A DNA stretch of 64,000 bases from Harriotta raleighana (taxonomy: Eukaryota), in assembly GCA_050575255.1 (NCBI GenBank), contig JBNZDD010013633.1, forward strand, positions 833,058-897,057, in the 5' to 3' direction. Positions 1-11,989 of this stretch are shown one piece after another; within the stretch, counting starts at the first letter, position 1, and each line of letters begins with the position of its first letter. A program made the translations under genes and the position numbers. The notes beneath the pieces are model-generated. The model worked only from the letters and a program-made list of their open reading frames with translations. It was not told where the DNA came from and made no database searches.

Positions 1-639
1 GTTGACTTCAGAGTACAGAAAATACTACGTGATGTATAATCCATCTGTGGATGGGTCACAAGTGCTTTGATTTGTGTTTTCGTGCTCTGGATATTGCCTG
101 CGGAATATTTTGTCTCTGCTCTGAAGATGTAGAAAAACTGGAATTCTTTTTGTTTTAATTCCCCCTTCCCTCGAATGTCCCTTATTTATTTTGGCTGGGG
201 TGAGGGGGAGAGAGAGCTTGGCTGTGTGCCTGGTTAGTGTGACTTGTCAGATACAAGGGGCTGCTGTAATCTATGGATTGGGTTGTGGGACTCTTTCCTT
301 GGTGTAAGGTACTGTAAATTGTGGGTGTTCAGGAGAATCTCGTGCAGTGTTGCTTTTTGTACAGTGATGCCTGTAGGACATTACTCTAATGGCTCTTCAG
401 CTCAGAGCACTTTTTGGCTGTGAGATAAAGTTTCGAACGGGAAAGGCGAGTGAGTGATAGTTGGATGTTTATGTTCTGCAAGATTTAGTGCTCTTCAGTA
501 GACTGGGACTCCTTGCAGTTTGAAAAACCAGAGTAGATCAGCTGTTGGCTTAGTTTAAATTTTCCTTGGGTAACTTACATCCTCGGTTAAACCTCCATTG
601 ACCATCTGAATAACATGTGAAACCAACCAAAAATAAGTC

Positions 640-700
640 GCTGGGAACACAAAGGAAAAGTGAGTCAACGTTTCGGGTCCACAAACCTTTGTCAGAACTC
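640..700 (-). mobile_element. Penelope-like element terminal-repeat fragment
   Basis: Minus strand reads agttctgacaaaggtttgtggacccgaaacgttgactc, resembling the TCTGA.GAAGG...CCGAAACG motif of Penelope-like pseudo-LTRs and the similar motif near 12047-12070. Confidence 0.5.
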
Positions 701-2286
701 ATGTGAACCCAACCTCTGTTTTAGGGGCTTCTTATTCTGACTGCACAACATTTACTTCTGTTTTACTTTTAAGTTAAATGATGTACAATGAACATTTTTA
801 TGCAATCCTTCCCTTCCAAACCGCCTCTTATGAAATTGATACCTTTAAGTATATATTAGTCTAAATAAAACCCTTGAGAAAGCAGATTTTGTCATCTCCA
901 GGCTCCCTCCCTCGGAGTTCTTTCAGGTTGGGTGCCCTGTTGCCTCAAATGGTTGAATGTACATAGTTCCACCCTCCACCACTCTTACTATTGCAGTATA
1001 TAATTGTAAGGGATATTGTTGCACTGTGGAAAATTCTTCTCATTCTAGAGCTCCAGTAAACTGTAGAATATACATCCCATTCTTGAAAGAAGTTTATTTG
1101 TTGAAATTTTTTTTTCAAAATATTTATTATTTTGCTGCCATTGGAGATAAGCAAGCCATATACAAACATAAAAAACAGGCAGGAGTTAAGAGTTCTGTGT
1201 ACACACTGTAGCAATTTTTTCTGAGGTTCTTCTGACAACAATTTTTTGGGGGTGTATTTCATAAATTGTAAACTGGAATGAACGGCAAAGCAGTTTTGAG
1301 TGTGAGAAAATTTGTTTCGGAATGACTTAAATTTGGCATTAAAAGTGTATACTAACGTGAGGCAACTTATGTGTTGGTTTCAAGGCTGGCTGCTAATGGG
1401 TCTTGACATTACTGCAGTACAGCTCATTTATCCTGAGCACAGGGCTTTCATTTGGATGCTGTGGCAGAAGATATTAAACTTCAAGGTAAAACATGTATCA
1501 TTATGGTAAAAGAAGACATTTTAAAACCAATTACAGGTAGCTTTTGTTTCAACGGCCTAGTACACATACATATTCTTGCATTGAAAAATGCATCTTATAG
1601 CTATAGGGAAAATATGTTAGATTATGTGATTCAACATTCAGTCTGCTTGTTGAACTCAGCTCACGCTGCACATTTATTCCAATGATTTCAGTTGCAATTT
1701 TGGCTCAATGTAAAATTACCTAATCCTGCTGCCAGTAACAGTGTGTGTGGAAATTTCTGCCCACCATCAACCTTGGTAGATTGCAGTACACACCCACTCC
1801 TGTAGAATGATGTTTGAGGGGAATACTGCAGGTGTTATCAATATCCTTCATATGCTCAAGAATTTGAAAAATCCCATTGGCTGCAGTCTTTCCAGGGGTC
1901 TCACAGTGGGAAAGGCCATTTATTTCAGTCTGCTGAGATCTCGCTGCACTGGATGAAAATGGTTTCTGATACATGAATGCATGGGAAGTGGCTCCCCAAT
2001 AATTCAGTGTGTCAGAAACCATGGATCAAGGATAACGTGAATTGTTGAGCATTTATAGAACAGACATCGCCATTCAGGCAACGTGTGTCCTTGTTAGTGT
2101 TAGAGATATCTACTTTATTCCCATTATCCTCCTCTTTCCTCTAATATTTTCCTTTTTTCTATAATACCTTTTTTCAATGCTCTTGTGAATCTGCCTTGAA
2201 TAGCCATTTGTTATCAGGCAATCCATGTTCTAAACAATCAATGACTGGAGGGCATCAATTTAAGATGGTTAGTAGAGATATTAATA

Positions 2287-2602
2287 AAATAATAATAATC
2301 CTTGCATTTGCTATAGTGCTTTTCACATCTTCCAGACGTCTCAAAGCGCTTCACAGAATATACTGTAAAGTGAATTGACTGTACATTTGTGGGCAAAACG
2401 TGGCAGCCAATTGCACACAGCAGTGTCCCACAATCCGTCATGGATTAAAAAAACCAATTTTATTATAGTTTTTTTTTAGGGATTATTATTAGGTGTGTGG
2501 AGTAAGGAAACTTGCCCAAAGATTTTTCCTGACCTGCCTGGATTCAATCACAGGTCTCACGCTTGTAACGCGAGTGCTCTAAACACTGAGCTACAGGACT
2601 CC
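2287..2602 (-). mobile_element. tRNA-derived SINE, full length, short variant
   Basis: Head GGAGTCCTGTAGCTCAGTG (A box) with B-box-like segment; body TGTGGGACACTGCTGTGTGCAATTGGCTGCC; tail AAGCGCTTTGAGACGTC...AAATGCAAGG(ATT)n; many sister copies in the window. Confidence 0.9.
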
Positions 2603-3056
2603 ATATTTTTATACACAGAGCAATGGTTTAGGTTGAATCCCAATTGCATGTCAGAATATGGTCACGTGGCAAGGCATTTGGATGCCGGTTCGTGGAATAC
2701 AGTTAATCTTTTTTTATTTGTCATAACAGCATGGAACAGTTAGACTAACTGACTTGTTTCCATGTCTTATTCTATGTAGCTACCTTGGGAGTCAGCACTC
2801 ATCTGTAATGTTCGTGGTCAGAAATATCATCGCTGGGTTAAGGTCCATCAATTGGCTGAAACTGGGAAGGGGAATAGACTGTGTAGAGTCATACATTCCA
2901 GATAAGATGACAATTATCAATTAGGATTGACTGCAATTTTAAATGGTGTTATTTGTTATCAGTGACAAAAAAGATCACATCACACCTCAAAGTTATCTGT
3001 GAGATTTTACAACTCAAAATGTTCACGCCCCTAGACTAAGGCTCAAACATTGTGTT

Positions 3057-3122
3057 ATAATACATTATGGTTTTAAATCAAAACCATAATGTATTATCAA
3101 GTTATTTAAATCAAAACCATAA
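3057..3122. repeat. Perfect 18-bp inverted repeat plus 18-bp direct repeat
   Basis: ataatacattatggtttt (3057-3074), loop aaatc, aaaaccataatgtattat (3080-3097); tttaaatcaaaaccataa at 3072-3089 and 3105-3122. Confidence 0.9.
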
Positions 3123-3442
3123 CCATTAATCAATGGAAAAAGAGTACTAAAAAGATTTGTTACCCAAAACGGCAGTGTTGCAGTGCAGTCTCGTTTAATA
3201 TTAGACATTCCCGAAAACCCTTTGAATTGTAACTCCCTCAGATAAAAGAACACACACTTTAGCTGGTTTCTGCTATGCAGATATCATGATTGTGGTTGGC
3301 ACTATTATCTCCCTCTACCACATAGGAAGGGTACACTGTAATTAAATGTTACATAATTAAAGTAACTATATCCTGTTCTGATAGTGTAACCTATAAAGCA
3401 CTTTGAGATGTTTCAATGATGTATAAGGAGCTCTACTGAACG

Positions 3443-3523
3443 CAACAACAACAATAACAATAACAAAATTACACTTGTATAGCGCCTTTTATGTCAGGAG
3501 GACATCCCAAGGCGCCAGACAGT
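3443..3523 (-). mobile_element. L2 LINE, extreme 3' end only
   Basis: (CAA)n-AATTACACTTGTATAGCGCCTTT...GGAGGACATCCCAAGGCGC, matching the 3' end of the long copies at 10.3 and 51 kb. Confidence 0.85.
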
Positions 3524-3697
3524 CATTGTTTCAGATATCAAAAATACAAGAATTATTATTGTGGCGAGAAAAATGAGACCAGCTAACTCATTCTAAATGA
3601 ACGTGTAGTCCCTGTGTTCTTCCCCTCACCACCTTTTCCAGCTTCTCATGTTGGAGGGTTTGGAAATAGACACAATTGAAATAACCATGTTTATTGA

Positions 3698-3762
3698 CAA
3701 CAACAACAAAATTACATTTGTATAGTGCCTTTCACGTTGGGAGAACACCCCAAGGTGCTGGA
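3698..3762 (-). mobile_element. L2 LINE, extreme 3' end only
   Basis: Same tail and stem-loop motif as 3443-3523. Confidence 0.8.
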
Positions 3763-3974
3763 GGTTTGAAGGTAGGTGTGTCTCTAAACTGTAGTGTCGC
3801 TGAATGGTGGGGCTGCTGATTAAAGTACTTTATTTAGTAAATTGTATTTGTTAGGAGAAGAAAAGCGAATACCGTCTCTATGCAAAGTTACCTTCCGACT
3901 GAGGTCTGATAACTGCTGCTGTTTAATTAACCTGTTGAATATACCTGTTGAATTTCTCCAACAGCCAATAAAGA

Positions 3975-4130
3975 TGTTGATTCAGTGTCTCATCTGAAGC
4001 ACGACACCTCTGGCAGATTAACATTCCCCTGCAACACTTCATTGGAGTGTCATCTTAGTCTATGTAATTCCACATCCCGACGTCTGGCTTGAACTCACAA
4101 CCTTCTGACTCGGAGAGTGCTACCGCTGAG
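3975..4130 (-). mobile_element. Old Deu/SacSINE1-like SINE 5' fragment
   Basis: cttgaactcacaaccttctgactcggagagtgctaccgctgag (antisense tRNA head) next to tctcatctgaagcacgacacctct; resembles 7166-7520 and 42160-42551. Confidence 0.6.
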
Positions 4131-4725
4131 ATTCATGCAAATAAATCATCACAAACTATCTCTTTGACTGCCTTCAGTCAATATCCTGCTCCCTTTATTC
4201 CCTGGTGTTTTGAATGACTCTATTCTTGTTATTAATAACTTCTTAAGCATTTGGAAGCCTATTCTGTATTCCTTTCTGCATGCCCTGCTGCTGTCAAGTC
4301 TATTTACCGTAGGAAATTGTCTGGGACTAAAAATGCCAAACCAAGCTTTCTATAGTGCAAAACCTCAAGATCAGTTTATTTTCTAAAAATAATAGTGCAA
4401 TAGATACCAAAGAGTTAAAGACTGTAGTATAATCTCAGGATTTGGGATAATTGTTTGAAACTTCTTGAGCTTGCTGCCATTGTAACTTCGTATGAACCTC
4501 TTGATTAGATTGCAGTCTTGTAATACACTTCCTGTTATCCAATATTCTATGTATAGTGGCTGTTTAACACTTCCCATTGAGAATGTAGTTTTGGAAGGAA
4601 AGTCCAATACCATGGAGAGAGAGAATTTTAAGACGACTTGGTATAGGCTAATATGACGAACTCAGTTAGCATAATATGCTGAATAGCGATGATAGATTCA
4701 CCCACCACCCACTCTTTATATTTGT

Positions 4726-5028
4726 GGAGTCCTGTAGCTCAGTGGTTAGAGCACTAGACTTACAAGCAAGAGACTTGGATTCAAATCCAGGCAGGGTGAA
4801 ACCATGGGCAAGTTTCCTTACTCCACACATCTTATAATAATCCTTCACAAAAAATTGGTCACTTCAATCCACGACTGTTTATGGGACACAGCTGTGCGCA
4901 ATTGGCTGCTATGTATCGCCCACATTTTCTGTGTACAGTCGATTCATTTTACAGTATATTCTGTGAAGCACTTTGAGATGTCTAAAAGACATGAAAAGCG
5001 CTTAATCAAATGCAAGGATTATTATTAT
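4726..5028 (+). mobile_element. tRNA-derived SINE, full length, short variant
   Basis: GGAGTCCTGTAGCTCAGTGGTTAGAGCAC head, GATTCAAATCC B box, shared body, (ATT)n tail. Confidence 0.9.
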
Positions 5029-7165
5029 TGGTTGGATCATTGACGGATGTCTGTGCTATTATTCCTACTGTCTGTTTCGAGTGTGTGTGTGTTTGAGGGG
5101 ATTTATTCTTTTTATTTAAGAGAGCTGAATGCTTTCTTTTTTGCCTAATTGACTAATTATATCACATGTTTTCAGCATTACAAAAGGGATTGAGCTAACT
5201 AAAAAATTACCATCATTAATGAAAGGCTCAAAAGCTATGACATAATTGAACAATTAGAAATAAATCAGGAATTAACATACCAATATCAAATCTTTAAATT
5301 ACGAGAGAAAATCATCATAGGAAATAATATAAATAGGCCCAAGGGGCGAGCTGGGGTCAAGGTGAACCAAAGTGGCAAAGGTTTATTGGTTTGAACTGAT
5401 CATCCTGTTTCTGCCTCAGAATTTCAGTCCTCTTAAATACATTGGAACCTAGTGATAATTTATAACTTACATTTGTTTGTCATCAATGGCTTGCAGACCC
5501 TGAAATTTTTCTACCATCAAATCAAAATTCCAAACTCTCGGGGTCCAAATCCATCGCCATATTTGCAGTTGCATCAGATGAAGTATTTGTAGTCTAGCAG
5601 CGTGCTTCCAACTTGACATGGTGCTTAACATCCAGGTTGTCAAGGGACTGATGACTTGTGCAGACCTAGTGCTGCAGGGAGTGAGTGGCACATGAGAAGA
5701 TTTGCCCCCATGCGCAGTGTATACAGAAGCAATGACCATTAGCAATGACCAACAGTATGCTTCGTTATAAGGTGGTTTGAGATTTTGGGGACCCCCAACT
5801 ACAGTCTTATAAACCGAGCTCTACCTGGATATATAATTCTGGACCTATTTAATGCGATCGACCATAGAATGAACAGTTTCATCATTTTAATCCAGTTGCC
5901 TAACACGATTAAAACATGTAGTTCGCTCTTTCCCTTTGTTCTATTTATATTCAGATGGTATATGACCCTATCCCAGCATATGTCAATGGTATTTTTTAAT
6001 TACAAGAGCAAAGGCTTGCTTGAATGGTTCAAATACAAAAAAAAAGTGGTTTTTGCTCCCGTTATTGATGCTGTTTGAAAGAAAGCAACTATTAGTGTCT
6101 GCACAGTGTATTGTGCTGTGTTCCTTAAGGCACCACTGCTAATGTATTGAAATTTCCGGGTCAGGTGATCGTACACGTGGACTGATTCATGTCCCTGTTT
6201 TAAATGTGATCTGTGCCATCATTTATTTTTTCCCTTGTTTAAGAATGTTTCTGCGAATTGTTTCAGTTTTTAGCTTCCACCCTGCTCATCGTGGGGTGCT
6301 TCGATACAAATCTATGAGGCCTGTTGACAATCATAGCTTCCTTGAATACATTTTTTGCTGTTTAGCTTAAATACTTGATATCTGTAGATGAGGTCTCTGA
6401 TAATAATTCTATAGCCATGTGAGCATGTTGTCTCCCCACCCCCTCCACACTATTACACACATATACACACTTATATCCAGAGCTTGGTATCAGCCTATTT
6501 ACTGGACTTCCAAATGTTGGAAGCAATGCTCAATGTACTTCTCACCAGGTGGCTTATAGAAGTTCCCGGTATCTGCTATCCATTTAATGAGGACTCTCGA
6601 GTCAGTTAATGACTAACTAGGGGAGAAGAAAGTGTGTGACCAATCTCTCCCTCCCCCCACCACCCCATGTAATTTGTAATTATCTGTGCCTGTTACAAAG
6701 GTAAAATATTTTCTGATAGAAATATACAGTACACTGTACATAGATCTCAAGTGATACGCTTAGTGATGGAATGTCGGGAATTGAGTCAACTTTCTATGGC
6801 GGCCTCTGGTTCCTGAGTGAGGCAGGTGTGCAGTACTCTAGTCTAGGTCACTACCACTTACTCAGAACTTGGAGAGTCCCTGGGAGCTCCTCGTACTCCT
6901 AATGTCTGGTGTTGTCCTAACTGAACATGCAGTGGGAAGCTGGTGAGACAGTGCTCTCAAGGGCAAGCTGTGCAATTTGAATACTTGTAAGGATGGTGAT
7001 GGGATTCTGATAGGATTCTGTATCTAATACCCAACTGACCCAAATAATGTCATAGACACATTTCTTGCATGACGACACATGCACAGAATTGCATATACTT
7101 GTCTTCTTTGCTGCCACTTTAAATGCCCTGTGAAATGATGTTGAATTTGTTCATGCTTCTAGCTT

Positions 7166-7520
7166 CTGGCTCAGTTGATAACACACTCACCGCTGCATCA
7201 GAACATTCTGGGTTCAAGCCACACCTCAGATCTTTGAGCTCATTGTGTAAGTTCATACTCTAATATGGTGCTGGGGGTAAGCTGTAATGTTGGAAATATT
7301 GTCCTTTTGGATGAGATGTTAAATTGAAGTCCTGCTTGCCTGTCCAGAAGAATGTCAAAGATCTTGTGGTACTAATCAAAAAGAGAAAGGTGTTTCAACT
7401 GGTGCTCTGATCAACAATCTCCTTACAAAAAGACACAGTAACTATACTTTACACTAAAATGCTGTGAAGCACTTTGTGGTATTGGAACAGCGTTATAAAG
7501 TGCTATATCAAATGAAAGGC
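7166..7520 (+). mobile_element. Old Deu/SacSINE1-like SINE, degenerate
   Basis: tggctcagttgataacacactc...gggttcaagcc head; gtccttttggatgagatgttaaa central motif recalled from Deu-domain SINEs; gtgaagcacttt...aaagtgctatatcaaatg tail. Confidence 0.6.
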
Positions 7521-7904
7521 ATGTCATAATTCAAGACAGCCTTTGTATAAAACTATTGCCTGCCCAAAGCAATACCGATCTCACTGCCTCCTGAGTATGT
7601 GAGCATCTCCCATGCCATTCACAACCCCAACCATTTTGTGCAATCTCCTGTCCTTTCTTGTTTCTCACCGTTAATTTTGCATCTTGAGTTTCCTTGTATT
7701 CTGCATGGCTCCTGTAAAATCTGCCTTGGATCATTTATTTGATCGAGTGAGCTGGTACATGTTTAGTTGTTTTGTTTTAAATCGTTGTTTAGTTGTGAAA
7801 AAATACAGATCAATTGTGGCATCAAATGTGACTACCATTGCTTTAGCCCACTTTGCTTTCCCATGTACCCCTGTAGTTTACTGTTATCTTTCTCCCCTAA
7901 CCCC

Positions 7905-8100
7905 ACTTCCATGACTGTTTGTGAGACACTGCTGTGCGCAATTTGGCTGCCGTGTTTCGGACCACAAATATACAGTCAATTTTCCTACTTTCCTTCCCCC
8001 GAACCCTCCCTCCCTGCTCTGATCCCTACTTGATTATTCAGCGCCTTGGGACGTCCTCCCGACATGAAAGGCGCCATATTAATGTAATTATTGATTGATT
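7905..8100 (+). mobile_element. SINE body fragment followed by L2 3' end
   Basis: ccatgactgtttgtgagacactgctgtgcgcaatttggctgcc...cagtcaatt, then a pyrimidine-rich UTR and cagcgccttgggacgtcctcccgacatgaaaggcgc. Confidence 0.8.
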
Positions 8101-8217
8101 TTGTTTGTTACAACACTACAATATTGTGTTGTCTGATCATAATATAAACTTAGATTTCAAATGGTTTGATGTTCACGATTGCTTTTCTTTAACTTAGAAG
8201 CACTATCTAAAAAAAAA

Positions 8218-8385
8218 CAGTAAAACCTTGTTTATCCGTGACTCGAACAACCGGATTGCTTGACCCCCCCCCCACCGGGGCAATTCGCATGCGCAATTGC
8301 ACTTATTAATCTTCCGAACTTGTTTTTTTTACCGATCGGTAAAAAATGCTGATTTAACGATTTTTTTACCGAGTGTACTGTAATA
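8218..8385. mobile_element. Truncated pogo/Tigger-type MITE (left part only)
   Basis: Begins CAGTAAAACCTTGTTTATCCGTGAC like copies at 22214, 24208 and 47121; no right TIR seen. Confidence 0.8.
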
Positions 8386-8511
8386 CCTTTTTTTAAACAA
8401 AATGCATTTTTGCAAGTCATGACAACGTGTTTACTTATAGCTATTCTGAGACTATTTTCCCCCATAAAAGTTAGACAGCACTTCCCTTAGTTTCAATGGT
8501 TTAAATAAATA

Positions 8512-8825
8512 AAAACAATGCTTGCATTTGATATAGCGCCTTATCACATCTTCGAGACGTCTGAAAGTGCTTCACAGAATGTACTGTAAAGTGAATTGTC
8601 TGCATATCTTTTGGGCGAAATGTAGTAGCCCAATTGCACACAGTAGTATCTCTCAAATAGTTGTGGATTGAGTGAATTAATTTATTTTTTGTAGGGAATT
8701 ATTACCTCCAGAAAAATTATCTGCCAATCGAATTAACAACTGGGTTTCTACATACTGCTAGATAAACAGAGGCATATGGAGTAAGGAAATTTGGCCAAAA
8801 TGTTGCTTAGCTGGGAATAGAACAC
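8512..8825 (-). mobile_element. tRNA-derived SINE, long variant, head degenerate or missing
   Basis: Tail and body match the family; carries the extra segment (minus strand ctgtttatctagcagtatgtagaaacccag) also seen at 37.7 and 52.2 kb. Confidence 0.85.
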
Positions 8826-9319
8826 AGTGGTGCAATGTCTGTTTTAGCTTCTTCTGTGTTGTGAAGAATGTACATTTTAAACTGCAGCAGGCACTGGCCG
8901 TTTACTCTTTTTTATTTTCTCATTTAAATAATGTCCGTTTTTCACTTTTGCCCCTACTTTTCCCCATCAGTTCGAAGATACAGTAAATAGCCCGATGATT
9001 TCATTTGTCTGTTGAATTTCACTGTTGCTACATTTATAAAATAAGATGGTTATTTTAAAAATAGTACGAAAATGCAAATATTATTGACATTGTGCAAGTT
9101 GCCATCCACCCCAGCTTGTGTGCAACCCTTAGACTGTTCAGCGCTTTGATATATGTTCCTAATGTGACAGATGCTATATCAATGCAAATTTGTATTGTAC
9201 TGTACGCTGCTGTAGCATTCTGTTCTTTCTAGTTTGACATAATGTTTACACAATGGTTAGACTTTCTGGATCAACGTGATAGCATATTTTCCCCTGGGAA
9301 AACTTTTGGAGAGCTTTGG

Positions 9320-9617
9320 TGTCTGTGCCACAGCTCAGCTGTGTCCAGACTCCTGTTTGTCTCTTGTGCCCTCCGCTTCACCATCGGTGGCCGTGTCTTC
9401 AACCAATAGGCTCTGAAAGTTTGGAACTCTCTCCCCCAATCCGTCCGCCTTGCCTCCTCTGTCTCCATCTTCAAATCCTGCCTAAATATCTTCCTGTTTG
9501 ATCGTGCTTTACGGTCAACACCCCAACACCCCAACCGACAGACCCCACCACTGTCCAGCACTCCGGGACACTATCCCGCTTGAAGCGTGCTATATAAATG
9601 CAAATTGTTGTCGTTGC
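9320..9617 (+). mobile_element. Older L2 LINE 3' fragment
   Basis: Degenerate TIGGRVF...WNSLP...FKSCL..FLFDRA C-terminal ORF2 motifs, ending gctatataaatgcaaattgttgtcgttg. Confidence 0.75.
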
Positions 9618-10287
9618 ATGGTCAATCCTGTGATTAAGCCAACTATATTTCTATCAATTAAATAATCTCTAATACAATCCCTGAGATAGAATCAAATCTA
9701 TTTGTTCTCCCAGTTTACTCAGTTTCCTCATCTCTGCTTTTTCCTCTTTTGAGCTAATTTATTTTACTTTCTCATGTGTACTTGTTGAAGTGCTTTGCAA
9801 CATGAAGGGCACTGCACAAATGCAAGATTCTGTGCTTTTGGTTTTATTTTGTGCATTATGCAAGTGGTGCAAACAAGTTACAGATGGAACTATTTAAATA
9901 TATAATTAACAAACAATCAGACATTTGTAAAGGGTTCAGAACTCTCACAGTAGACTCGATAAGATTTACACTTGGTTTACACAATTTAGGAAATGGGGCC
10001 GCTTTTTAAATCTATACCACACTAATCATGCTTATTTCTGTAACATTTCAGCTTCTTTCCATCCGGGTCTCTATCTTGTTCATTCCACATCTTTTTTTTC
10101 TCTCCCTTCCATTGCCAAATATCTGCCAATGTGGAGCTCGTAAAGAAAATTAAACCCACATAGGGATGCATAGGGGGAGATTTCTACCACTTCACTCCAG
10201 ATTTCCTATTATTGTAATATACTTTGTGGCTCTGTGTATCTTGCAGTTGATTCTATTTGTCTACATTGCATCACCCATGTGATGTAT

Positions 10288-11510
10288 GACCACACAATCC
10301 TCCTTCACCGCCTCTCCTTCCTCCTCAACCTCGACTGGTTCCGGTCGGACCTCTCCCACCGCCTTCACTTCGTCTCTGCTAACGGTTTTTCCTCCAGCCC
10401 CCGCACAGTCACATGTGGTGTTCCCCAGGGCTCCATCCTCGGCCCCCTGCTCTTCACCCTGTACACTCTCCCCCTGGGCGACGTCATCCGCAGACATGGG
10501 GTCAATTTCCACATGTATGCGGATGACACCCAACTCTATCTCTCTGTGTCCACCCCCGACTCCAGGACTACTGGCGTCCTGACTGCATGTCTCGCCGACA
10601 TTGAGTCCTGGACGAGGGCAAACTTCCTACAGCTCAACGTCAACAAGACGGAAGCCCTCATGATTGGCTCACGCCAGCGCCTCCGCACCTCAGGCGCTGA
10701 CAACTTCAGCGTCCAAGGCTGTACACTCCACCTCTCGAAGCCAATCAGGAATTTGGGCATCTTGTTCGACTCCGAACTATCCTTCCTCCCCCACATCCGC
10801 TCCATGACCGGCACAGCCTTCCATCACCTCCGCAACACCGCCAGACTCCGCCACTACCTCACCCCCCACGCCGCCGAAACCCTAATTCATGCCTTCGTCA
10901 CTTCCAGGCTTGACTATGGGAACTCTCTCCTCGTCGGCCTTCCCAACTCCTCCCTTCACAGGCTGCAGATCATTCAGAATTCTGCAGCCCGTGTACTCTC
11001 CCGCACTAGGCTCCGCGACCACATCACTCCCACCCTCGCCCATCTCCACTGTCTCCCCATCCCCCAGAGGATCAACTTCAAGATCTTCATCCTCACCTTC
11101 CCATTCATGGCCTTGCCCCCGCCTATCTCTCTGACCTGCTGTCTCCCTATCAGCCTGCCCGCACCCTCCGTTCAGCAGACTCAGGCCTGCTCCTAGTCCA
11201 CCGCCCTAACCACCCAACCATCGGTGGCCGGGCTTTCAGCCTCTCTGCCCCCACACTCTGGAATTCCATCCCACAGTCCTTCCGCCTTGCTTCCTCCCTT
11301 TCCTCCTTCAAGGCCGGTCTCAAAACCTTCCTCTTCGACCGAGCCTTCGGTTCCCCCTCACCCTAATTCTTCCCACTCTCTTTCCCCCTCGCACTACCCC
11401 CAATCTCTCCCTTGCTTGGGTCCCGACCTTCTGTTCAGCGCTTTGGGACGTCCTCCCGACATGAAAGGCGCTTTACAAGTGTAATTTTGTTGTTGTTGTT
11501 GTTGTTGTTG
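10288..11510 (+). mobile_element. 5'-truncated L2-clade LINE: RT domain to 3' tail, inactive
   Basis: [17 protein letters not shown] (10516-10527), [14 protein letters not shown]; frameshift near 11100 (aagg missing relative to sister copies); 3' stem-loop and (GTT)n tail. Confidence 0.95.
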
Positions 11511-11725
11511 AATTGACTGTATATTTGTGGGCGAAATGTGGCAGCCAATTGCGCACAGAAATGTCCTACAAACAGTTGTGGATTGAAGTGACAATTTTTT
11601 TTCTCATGGGGTATTATGCGGCATGAGGAATAAGGAATCTTGCCCAAGGTTTCGCCCTGCCGGGAATTGTATCCAGGTTTCTCGCTCGCGAGGCGAGTGC
11701 TCTAACCACTGAGCTACAGGATGCC
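11511..11725 (-). mobile_element. tRNA-derived SINE lacking its 3' tail, abutting the LINE tail
   Basis: Antisense head gagtgctctaaccactgagctacagga plus body; stops at aattgactgt directly against the LINE (GTT)n. Confidence 0.85.
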
Positions 11726-11989
11726 ACATATGGTATACAATAAACAGCATTTAAAAATGAGGTGAGGTGGCAAATTATTGTAGTAATTTTTTGCTTCAAG
11801 GTTTTAAATCTATGCATTAACACTACTACTGATGTGCAGCACAGTGATAAGGTTTTAGCTTTGAAGCTGGGCTGCTAATCATGGCACAGCGAGCAGGCAG
11901 GTCACACTGGAAGCTGCAGCTGTGAAATGCTGAATGGGTTTTTCTAAAGCATAGGCTTTTTTAAAAAAAGAACAAAAAAAGAAAGATAA

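Noticed and set aside
1452-1490. Possible RASA3 exon 1 (AVAEDIKLQG with aag|gtaaaa donor)
   Set aside because: No real similarity to MAVEDEGLRVFQSVKIKI; the only local ATG gives a phase-0 end while phase 1 is needed; no CpG-rich promoter context
4726-4800. tRNA genes at the SINE heads (also 2530-2602, 18462, 21759, 37578, 52075)
   Set aside because: A and B boxes are present but each continues into a SINE body, and no proper acceptor stem is evident
10234-11196. 320-aa ORF as a host gene or a novel RT system (retron, DGR, group II intron)
   Set aside because: It is an L2 LINE ORF2 fragment: 5'-truncated, frameshifted, with a LINE tail; the start codon comes from flanking DNA
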